DNA from: a virus
Strand: one strand, 5' to 3'
Length of the DNA stretch: 38,435 nucleotides
Virus record (IMG/VR): IMGVR_UViG_3300024344_000047
Span: 1 to 38,435 of that record
In this document: piece by piece, positions 25,119 to 32,619 of the stretch
Numbering within the stretch: the stretch's first letter is position 1
How the letters are laid out: each line of letters opens with the position of its first letter
Translations under genes and position numbers: made by a program
The notes under the pieces: generated by a model
Told to the model about the DNA's origin: nothing
Database searches by the model: none
Seen by the model: only the letters and a program-made list of their open reading frames with translations

Positions 25119-25726
25119 TACGGGCGCCAGTCGGTGCGGCGCTTGGGTAGCGCACCCTCGGCTACGGGGTGAGTTTCGTCCTTGATGGCCTCGTAAATGC
25201 GTGACATCTCTTGGGAGAGCACCTGAGCTAGCTGTGGGTCAACTTTGGCGGCCGCTATCTGTGCTGTGAGCAGTACAATCAGGTCCACGGCCCAGTCAGG
25301 CCACAAAGGAGTGTCCGTTCCGGCCGAAAGATCGGTAGTAGCGGCCTGATAGACCTCTGTGACAGTGAATACATCGTCTGGCGTGGGGTAGAACTTGATT
25401 AAACCGCCCTCGTCAGTCCAATATGCGGGTCGGCCCTCAGTATCTGCGTATTTGATGAGGTCTAGCTTCGTACGGAACGGTACGTGTTGGTCCCCGATGG
25501 CCATATACAAGGATTTGCGGGAACTGGCGCTTCGAGCGTAGGTCGACGTCCCAATGGCAGTAGAGAATGTGCGGCTGGCCTCGTTCCACCACCAGTTTCG
25601 CATGTTATCAGCTTGCCGGAGTGCAGAGTTAACCATCACAGCGAGGTCGGCGTCGGTCAGGGCGGGGTCAGAGGCGTTTAGCCCTAGCCGGAGGCGAACA
25701 TTCGAGCGGATGGTGTCTAGATCCAT
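25118..25726 (-). CDS. Putative head-tail adaptor (T7 gp11-position) protein, 202 aa
   Basis: Size and position downstream of the capsid gene. Coupled overlap with the nozzle-like gene. Confidence 0.45.
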   Translation of the reverse strand: MDLDTIRSNVRLRLGLNASDPALTDADLAVMVNSALRQADNMRNWWWNEASRTFSTAIGTSTYARSASSRKSLYMAIGDQHVPFRTKLDLIKYADTEGRPAYWTDEGGLIKFYPTPDDVFTVTEVYQAATTDLSAGTDTPLWPDWAVDLIVLLTAQIAAAKVDPQLAQVLSQEMSRIYEAIKDETHPVAEGALPKRRTDWRP

Positions 25727-25738
25727 GGCCCTAGCGTA

Positions 25739-26149
25739 TCAGTACAGGGTGCCCTTGAGTCCGGTCAGTTGCCGGTACGCCTCGAAGTAGACTTTCTCGG
25801 CCGCTGGCATCTGGCGATCCACGTAAGCGGCGATCTCCGCCTTGCGCTTGGCCTCATTCTGCTTGTCCAGTCGCTCTACCTTCTGTGACAAGGTCTCATT
25901 GCTGGAATCAATCCTACGGATATGAGATATGAGCTGGCCTAGCTGCATGTCCCCCATGAATTGTTTGGTTGTAACAAGGTATTTCTCCCTGCCGGGCTGA
26001 TCGAACCATACCTCAAGGCTGTCGAGCAGGGGGTTCACTGTGAGGCGCAACCACGGGCAGTTCGTTTCCTCTTGTACATACCGCTGAACGCTATTCTCGA
26101 TGTCGTATCGGGCCTGTGCGTATGCCAACTCGTTTGGGTTCGATGCCAT
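25739..26149 (-). CDS. Hypothetical virion-module protein, 136 aa
   Basis: ORF directly downstream of the capsid-gene hairpin. No motif recognised. Confidence 0.5.
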   Translation of the reverse strand: MASNPNELAYAQARYDIENSVQRYVQEETNCPWLRLTVNPLLDSLEVWFDQPGREKYLVTTKQFMGDMQLGQLISHIRRIDSSNETLSQKVERLDKQNEAKRKAEIAAYVDRQMPAAEKVYFEAYRQLTGLKGTLY

Positions 26150-26163
26150 CTCCCGAGAATAGC

Positions 26164-26195
26164 AGAAGGCCCGCAGTGTTAACTACGGGCCTTCT
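26164..26195 (-). terminator. Hairpin just downstream of the major capsid gene (leaky terminator or RNA-stabilising element)
   Basis: Stem agaaggcccg (26164-26173), a 12-nt loop, stem cgggccttct (26186-26195). On the minus-strand transcript it is followed by gctattctc. Confidence 0.45.
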
Positions 26196-26220
26196 ACTCT
26201 TGTTGGGGAGTATTACTGGA

Positions 26221-27441
26221 TTACGACTCGGTCAAGTCCTCGATCACAGCGTGAGCGTTGCGCTGGTCCGTGTGGACGTCGTGGTACTTGAACAAGGTAG
26301 CCTCGTAGGCGTCGACACCGGCAACTCGGTTGAGCACCGCACCGTCTTCGTCCATGAACTCCCAGTCCGAAGACTGGTTCTGGACTAGGCACTGGGTGTT
26401 GACCGCAAAGGCCGCATTCTCTGGAGCAAAGCGGTCAGCGAGCAGAGGAAGCTTGACGCTACCGGCCTGCACGGTGGGAACCTCGAAGCCGCCAGTGAGC
26501 TTGATGTCGTCATTGAAGCGACGCTGGTCTTGGAGCTGGGCAGCGTAGCCTCGAACGACACCGTGACTGGTTACGAGCAGTGAGGGAGCCTTGCCCGAGT
26601 CGATCACGACTTGGTCAATGGCCTTCTCAAACACGTTGGAAGTGGCCAACCGGGAGGTACCCGAGTTGAAGCCAGCTCCACCGGTAGCACCCTGAGAGCG
26701 GTGCGAAACCCACTCAGGAACAGTGCTCGGGTTGACGTTGAAGAGGGTGCCGCTGTCTGCGATGATCTCACGTAGTCCCGTGATCTCATTACCAGCCGAC
26801 CCGGCGACCGTGACGTAGTGAGAAGCCGACGTGGTGATGGCCGAGGCCACAGTGATCGTCTTCGCCGTCTTGTCCACGCCGGTGATAGCGACATCCGCAG
26901 CCACCGAGGAAGGCGAGCCGGTGGTGCCGATATCAATCTTCTGGTTGATGAAGAATTGGCGCATCTGGGTAGCGGTGGTGGTGCTGGCCAGAACAATCGT
27001 GGTAGCAGCAGTGGTAGTGCCGCACTGAGCGATGCTCTGGGTGCTGTCGCCAAAGACCTGACGGGAGACGTTCTCCTTGAGGTCAGTTACAACGCCCTCG
27101 GTTTCCGACTGAATAGCTCGGGTAAACGAACCCTTGTCGGACTTCATCGCCCGGATTACCGGACCGTTGATCTGGAGTCGACCGTAGTTGTACTTCAGGC
27201 CGACACGCTCTTCAACGTACGACTGGTGTCCAGCGGTAGGCAGGGTGCCACCTTCCGCACGGGCGCCGGTACCGGCGTTGCGGCCAGTATGAAGCACCAA
27301 GACCGCTCGGCGGCCTTCTACGTTCTTAGAGGTAGCTTCAATTTGCATGAGGAACGCATGCTCAGAATTGAGCTGGTCCCGAATATCGGGCTGATAGTCC
27401 TCTTTGAGAGCGGCATCAGCGAGAGTGAGAGTAAGTGCCAT
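26221..27441 (-). CDS. Major capsid protein (HK97-fold family), 406 aa
   Basis: The N-terminal region ...LVLHTGRNAGTGARAEGGTLPTAGHQSYVEERVGLKYNYGRLQINGPVIRAM is typical of the HK97-like capsid family. Position after portal and scaffold. Confidence 0.85.
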   Translation of the reverse strand: MALTLTLADAALKEDYQPDIRDQLNSEHAFLMQIEATSKNVEGRRAVLVLHTGRNAGTGARAEGGTLPTAGHQSYVEERVGLKYNYGRLQINGPVIRAMKSDKGSFTRAIQSETEGVVTDLKENVSRQVFGDSTQSIAQCGTTTAATTIVLASTTTATQMRQFFINQKIDIGTTGSPSSVAADVAITGVDKTAKTITVASAITTSASHYVTVAGSAGNEITGLREIIADSGTLFNVNPSTVPEWVSHRSQGATGGAGFNSGTSRLATSNVFEKAIDQVVIDSGKAPSLLVTSHGVVRGYAAQLQDQRRFNDDIKLTGGFEVPTVQAGSVKLPLLADRFAPENAAFAVNTQCLVQNQSSDWEFMDEDGAVLNRVAGVDAYEATLFKYHDVHTDQRNAHAVIEDLTES

Positions 27442-27542
27442 GATCTGTTCTTTCTGTTTGAAGGATTGGTTTCTCGGCGCCTTGGGGCCTGCCCTGCGTG
27501 CGAAAGGTGATGCCAGATCACTTATGTATTAACATACACAAA

Positions 27543-27565
27543 GCCCCCGACACTTTGTCGGGGGC
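27543..27565 (-). promoter_or_regulatory. Strong hairpin plus AT-rich island between scaffold and capsid genes
   Basis: gcccccgaca / tgtcgggggc stem. On the minus-strand transcript it is followed by tttgtgtatgttaatacataag, locally AT-rich in a GC-rich genome. Confidence 0.45.
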
Positions 27566-27591
27566 CTTATGAACTGATCGGTTCAGAATGT

Positions 27592-28356
27592 CTAAGACAG
27601 ACCGGAATCCGCTGCAATAGCCCTATCAATCCGGGCACTCAACTTGTCGGCTGCTGAGATTTTCTCAGTGACTGGCGTGTTAACTGCACCGGGTGACGGC
27701 TGTGCACTAGTGATCGGGACAGGGGGTGGCTGGACACCGGCGAACGCTTGGTCGTATGCTACCTTCGCTTCCTTGAGGGTCATGGCCCCCTCTACAGCCA
27801 TCGTAAAGAGCATCTTGAACTGAGGCGTGCCCCGCTGGAAGCCCATGCCCTCCGCTTCTGTGATTAGGGCGTTGGCTTCTTCTTGGTTCTTCTGTTTCTG
27901 TTGAGCCGCCGCTGTGGCTTCCTCTTGCGCCTTCATCCGGTCATCGAGCAGTGAGGCTACTTGCTCGATGGTAAGAGCCGGTGGGGTGTCACTCGCAGGC
28001 TTAGGATCCTTTGCGGCGGGTAAACCGGCCCACTCCTGAAACTCCTCGGGGGACATCATCCGCTTGCCTAGCTCCAGCCACTCCGTGACCCCGCCAATGT
28101 CGCCGCCTTTCAGCTTGCCTACGGCGTCCAGCACCACGTCACGGGTGCCGTCATCAATGCCCTCGAAGGCGTCCCTATAGGGGGAGAATTTGGTCCGGTA
28201 GTCCGCCGCTTCTTTGCGAGTCTTACCTAGGGCAGCTACAGCGTCCTCGTGAGACAGAGAGCTGGTAGGCTCTCCTTCAACGGGGGCGTTGGCATCTGCG
28301 CCTTCGGCGGGCGGGCTAGCCGCTGCCGCTGCCGCTGCCATTGCTTCATCACTCAT
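27592..28356 (-). CDS. Scaffolding protein, 254 aa
   Basis: Ala/Glu-rich, low-complexity and helical-looking. Located between the portal and capsid genes. Confidence 0.65.
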   Translation of the reverse strand: MSDEAMAAAAAAASPPAEGADANAPVEGEPTSSLSHEDAVAALGKTRKEAADYRTKFSPYRDAFEGIDDGTRDVVLDAVGKLKGGDIGGVTEWLELGKRMMSPEEFQEWAGLPAAKDPKPASDTPPALTIEQVASLLDDRMKAQEEATAAAQQKQKNQEEANALITEAEGMGFQRGTPQFKMLFTMAVEGAMTLKEAKVAYDQAFAGVQPPPVPITSAQPSPGAVNTPVTEKISAADKLSARIDRAIAADSGLS

Positions 28357-28380
28357 GTTTCATCCTCCGGGGATGTGTTG

Positions 28381-30327
28381 TTATTGAGGCCCGGGAAATT
28401 CAGAGCTGACGGCCTGCTCCATAACTCCAGCCATACCGCCAGCAGTGCTCAGCTCGGGCGGTAGCTGAGGTTCTGGTTCTTGGGGGGCAGCCGGGGCATC
28501 CGCTGGGGCTTGCCCTCCGCCGCTGCCCCCCGAGAGGGTGTCTTGCGCCATCTTAGCCGTGGCCTCTTGGCGCTGCACCTTGGCCTGCATCTCAGACATC
28601 AAGGTCTTGTGTGCTTGCCAGTGATTGACAGCGTCCGTCTGGTCGGCTTCGTCTAGCATATCGAACCGCTGTGACGTAAGGAATGCTCTGTGAACCTTCT
28701 CGTGCGTCTCGTGGTTGTCGAACTCACGGAGCATTTCTGCGTGCTCATTGTTACCTTCTGCCATCATCTCATTTTCTCGCATGGCCTTGGCAGCGTCGGG
28801 GTCGATCGCCTTGATGATGTCGGCAGCATTGGCCAAGTCAGCCACTCGGCTGTAGGTAACCATGTCGGTAATAACACCTGTCTGGAGAAGCTTATCTGCT
28901 CTCATCTCTTGCGCAGCACGGGACCTCGGGAGCAGGGCGTCGGTAGGTATGACTACGTCCCGTTGCCCCTTGAGGTCTTGCTGGGGATTGAACGCCAACC
29001 GCTCAGGGCCTAGGCCCATATCTACCGTGAGTTGTTTGCTGGAGCCTCGTTGCTGATACAGGGCCAGCGTCATCTGAGCCACTCGCTGCCACATGGCGGA
29101 GGTTTCCTTGACTAGACGACTAAGGGGAGAGCTGTCATTCTCTGTGAGTATCTGCACCGCAAGGCCGGACTCTACCTGCCCCGGCGCTAGACCTCGGGAC
29201 ACGCCGTGCTGGCCGAACAGGTCATCAATGTACTCTGCTGATCGGTCGAGCAACCGCTCGATGTACGCACCAAATGATGGAGGGTGCATGAACTCCGGCT
29301 TGTCCAGCCCGTCAGGATACGGGACCATCTGACCCGGCTCGTCAGTGAAGGTGTCCATGACGACATCCCAAGCGGACTGCGGTACCAGCAAACGGCCCGT
29401 GCCGACGTTGCGTACGTGTTCTGCTACTTGAGTCCAGAGAATATTGAGCATTACCTGAACTCGTCGAACGTCATTGAGGAACGTGGACCCGGACCACTGG
29501 TCCTCTAGCACGGTCTCTCTGCCGACGGCGATGTTCAGTTCCTTGAATGAAAACGGCCAGACGCCCTCGTCCAGCACCTTGTTCTCGACCTCGACCATGA
29601 ATTTGCCCTCTTCGTTCCCACGATGAGGGCGCTCGTAGTAGGTGAGGACTAGAGTCAGATCGACGCCCTCGTTATCGCCGTACTTGTTGAGGCCCACTAG
29701 CTTGTGTTGGTAAGGCGACAAGCCGGTACGGGCATCGGGCACGGGCATCCGGTCCGCCGGGTATTCCTCTGGGAACATATCCTTGACCATCTGCGGGGGC
29801 AGAGCTTGCACCTTTATCCACCAGCGTGCTTGCTGGTAGCGTCGCACACCCGGCTCCAGCATGAACTCAGTGATTCCCAGCGGAGAGATTACTACCTCTT
29901 TCTCGTAGTCATCCCAGTCCACAGCAATGGCACCCGTGCCGCCCTTTACGATGGCGTTGATGCTTTCTTCCCGCAGGCCTTCCCAGCCTTGGCTCTTGCG
30001 TAGATCTTCAAGCAGAGCTTCGCCCGCCCGGGAGGCCCGGGTGCTAGCGTCGTCGGACGCTGTGGGGAGGACATTGAACTTGAGCGGGCGCTGAACGGCT
30101 TGAGCTGTTAGGTAGCGCATGTTAGAGCGTGTTCGGTTAATCACCGCCTGAAAGCGGTCAGAAGTGTCGCTTACATCGTTCAGGGTGTTGTCGGTGGGGA
30201 GCCAGTAGGTCCACTGGAACCCCTCAGTGAATGAGCTATTGAGCCAGTAGTCCTCTAGCTCACGACGTATAGACTTGAGTCCTTCAAAGTATTTGGTCTT
30301 TACGGGACCCATATCGTTATTTGCCAT
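28381..30327 (-). CDS. Portal protein, 648 aa
   Basis: Size and position (terminase ... portal-scaffold-capsid). Pro/Ala/Gly-rich, acidic C-terminal tail. Confidence 0.7.
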   Translation of the reverse strand: MANNDMGPVKTKYFEGLKSIRRELEDYWLNSSFTEGFQWTYWLPTDNTLNDVSDTSDRFQAVINRTRSNMRYLTAQAVQRPLKFNVLPTASDDASTRASRAGEALLEDLRKSQGWEGLREESINAIVKGGTGAIAVDWDDYEKEVVISPLGITEFMLEPGVRRYQQARWWIKVQALPPQMVKDMFPEEYPADRMPVPDARTGLSPYQHKLVGLNKYGDNEGVDLTLVLTYYERPHRGNEEGKFMVEVENKVLDEGVWPFSFKELNIAVGRETVLEDQWSGSTFLNDVRRVQVMLNILWTQVAEHVRNVGTGRLLVPQSAWDVVMDTFTDEPGQMVPYPDGLDKPEFMHPPSFGAYIERLLDRSAEYIDDLFGQHGVSRGLAPGQVESGLAVQILTENDSSPLSRLVKETSAMWQRVAQMTLALYQQRGSSKQLTVDMGLGPERLAFNPQQDLKGQRDVVIPTDALLPRSRAAQEMRADKLLQTGVITDMVTYSRVADLANAADIIKAIDPDAAKAMRENEMMAEGNNEHAEMLREFDNHETHEKVHRAFLTSQRFDMLDEADQTDAVNHWQAHKTLMSEMQAKVQRQEATAKMAQDTLSGGSGGGQAPADAPAAPQEPEPQLPPELSTAGGMAGVMEQAVSSEFPGPQ

Positions 30328-30341
30328 GAGCTAAGACTACC

Positions 30342-30545
30342 CTAGACTGCGTTAGGGTACGCTGGGAGCTTCGGTGAAGAGGTCCTAGCGGGGTACACGG
30401 GCTTGGGAACGGGGACGCCCTCACGCCTTCTCATGGCGTCAATCGTCTCCTCCAAAACGTGATTGCGGTCTATCTGTTGCGCAAGGAGAAACCAAGCTGG
30501 CCCGGCAGAAACCAAGGCGGTCAAGATGATGATGATAGCAGTCAT
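30342..30545 (-). CDS. Small single-pass membrane protein, 67 aa
   Basis: N-terminal hydrophobic segment MTAIIIILTALVSAGPAWFLL. 1-nt start/stop overlap with the upstream gene. Confidence 0.5.
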   Translation of the reverse strand: MTAIIIILTALVSAGPAWFLLAQQIDRNHVLEETIDAMRRREGVPVPKPVYPARTSSPKLPAYPNAV

Positions 30546-30853
30546 TATTTATCCGGTCCTAGATAGGATGAAAGAATCTTCTCAAGATCTGCAACTCGCT
30601 CGTTAGCGGCTTTCAGATCTGTTCCGTACTTCCTGTTTCGTTTGCGCATGGCGTCTGCTTTGTCTTCTGGCATCATCCCGGTCATGCTGCCCAGCTCTTG
30701 AGCACAGGACATACAGATGTCGTAGTGGCCCCAGCGGTCAGTCAGCAACTCAATGACACCCGTGTCCCCGTCTTTCTTCGGCGAACCACACGACATACAA
30801 AGTCCCTTTTTGTAAGACTTGTAGTCAAAGTCTCCGCTTTCGATGAATCTCAT
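30545..30853 (-). CDS. Zinc-ribbon protein, 102 aa
   Basis: CMSC ... CMSC (two CxxC pairs), followed by a basic/helical tail. Confidence 0.55.
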   Translation of the reverse strand: MRFIESGDFDYKSYKKGLCMSCGSPKKDGDTGVIELLTDRWGHYDICMSCAQELGSMTGMMPEDKADAMRKRNRKYGTDLKAANERVADLEKILSSYLGPDK

Positions 30854-30890
30854 TGTCTCTCCCTAGGTCGACACACAACTTAGCACATTG

Positions 30891-32615
30891 CTAGTAGCGG
30901 CCTGCCCTACGCCTTCTGCGGTTGCGCTCTATCTGGCGCCAACCCTTCTCGTCATGGCTCAATTCTTCTTGCACTCTTCGGATCGGGGCAGGTAGCTTCA
31001 GGGCCTCAATCACTGCGTAAGACAGCACATCTACTTGATCGTCGTGCCTACCATTGGGGAACACGGCGCACTCGGACTCAAAGTCGTGCAACCATCCGGC
31101 CCTAGCCGGGAGCATCAGACCACCACGACGGTTGAGGTCCGCCGCTGGTATTGCCCTAGACACCTTGTCCCGATCCGCCTTGAGTGCCCGCACACTGATA
31201 CCACCCACCCGGCGAAAGTGCTGTAGAACAGTCAGCCCGAAGGTCATGGACTCCACGCCCACAAACACCGCCTTGGGGTCGTGGTGACGTTGGAGCCACT
31301 TAGTGTGAGTATCGGACTCTACCCGCTCCTTGACCCGATCCACCATGTACAACGTCTGTGACGGACGGTGCCAGTCAAACAAACCAATGACTGAATAGTC
31401 TGAGTAGCTCTTCTTTGTAGCCGCCAAGTCCACCGTCTCGAACCGTACACACTCGTCAACAAACACCGGGTCATCGTCGCCGTGGAGGTACACGGCCCTA
31501 CCCTCTCGTATACCCGTGGTGAAATAGTTGAAGGACCCGAACGTGCCGCCGTCCTCTACAGCGGGCATCCCTTGGTACAGCGAGGCAAACCACGTGGGGT
31601 CCAGTGTCCGCTGGCTGACTAGCTCGTCCCTCGTCATGATCTGAGGGCACAGTGGATCTCCTAGCCTACGAGAAAGAGGGTCATTCTCTATGGCAAGCGC
31701 CGGTAGGTGGAGCATGAACCACTCTGAGTTGACCGTCCCGTCCTCGTTGTATACAAACCGCCCGGCAATGTCGTCTTCGTGCCAGCGGGTAAACATCATG
31801 ATCTCTACGGGTATGACGCCCCTGAGCTTGGTCTTACGGGTAGCAAACGTGGAGCTGTACCAGTCCGCCTTGGCCTTGCGCACAGCATGGCTGGTGGCCT
31901 CGTCTTGGTTCTTGAAGGGGTCATCAATCAGCCCGAGCTGGAACCCGAACCCCGTGAGGGCACCTCCGATCCCGACCAGCTTCATGCGGCCGCCGGATTC
32001 TAAACGGGGGTTGTTTGCGGGTGCTCGCTCTCCCCCTCGTAGGTTCAACCCTAGCGTGGGCCCGTATTCCATTAGCTTGTCTCGCAGCTTGACACCCCAC
32101 TCGCTGGATGCAAATTCGTCGGAGTAGGTTGCTAGTGCAATGGCGTTCTGCGGGTACCGGAGCCAGTACCACAAGGGAAGCCACTCGGACACCATGTAGC
32201 TCTTGCCGTGCCGTGGGGGCATGGCTATCCCTAGCCGCAGCTTGACCCGGTCCTTTGGGTCACCGGGTCTGGCGTAGAAATACTCCACCATATCCGGGTC
32301 ATCGTAGGGTACATCGTCAACATCTGCTGCTTCTAACGTGCTCTGCTCTCCTGATTTGTAGTCTTGTAGCGTGTAGTACAAACAGCTCGGTTCCCCCGGG
32401 CCGTCTTCATACAAGCGGTACTCAACTAGAGCAACAATGTGATCGTTGAGCATCTCAACGTGCGGGTAGCGTCGGGTGTCGGGGGCTAGTGCACAAGCTA
32501 GGTCCAGCGGGGACTGGCTGCCTATGTGCCGCAGCAGTAGCTGCCTGTACCGCTTCTGCTCCCCGGGTGATAGCAGGTCGATCTCTTTATCCGTTAGTAC
32601 TGGTACCTCGCTCAT
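30891..32615 (-). CDS. terL: Terminase large subunit
   Basis: Walker A-like AMPPRHGKSYMV, Walker B-like LGLIDDP. C-terminal RNaseH-like nuclease region ending HDDQVDVLSYA. 574 aa. Confidence 0.88.
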   Translation of the reverse strand: MSEVPVLTDKEIDLLSPGEQKRYRQLLLRHIGSQSPLDLACALAPDTRRYPHVEMLNDHIVALVEYRLYEDGPGEPSCLYYTLQDYKSGEQSTLEAADVDDVPYDDPDMVEYFYARPGDPKDRVKLRLGIAMPPRHGKSYMVSEWLPLWYWLRYPQNAIALATYSDEFASSEWGVKLRDKLMEYGPTLGLNLRGGERAPANNPRLESGGRMKLVGIGGALTGFGFQLGLIDDPFKNQDEATSHAVRKAKADWYSSTFATRKTKLRGVIPVEIMMFTRWHEDDIAGRFVYNEDGTVNSEWFMLHLPALAIENDPLSRRLGDPLCPQIMTRDELVSQRTLDPTWFASLYQGMPAVEDGGTFGSFNYFTTGIREGRAVYLHGDDDPVFVDECVRFETVDLAATKKSYSDYSVIGLFDWHRPSQTLYMVDRVKERVESDTHTKWLQRHHDPKAVFVGVESMTFGLTVLQHFRRVGGISVRALKADRDKVSRAIPAADLNRRGGLMLPARAGWLHDFESECAVFPNGRHDDQVDVLSYAVIEALKLPAPIRRVQEELSHDEKGWRQIERNRRRRRAGRY

Positions 32616-32619
32616 CCGG

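Noticed and set aside
26604-27510. Alternative-frame and antisense ORFs over the major capsid gene (26604..27053 minus, 26818..27510 plus)
   Set aside because: The annotated frame gives a recognisable HK97-like capsid sequence. The others are Arg/Pro/Ser-rich GC-frame artefacts.
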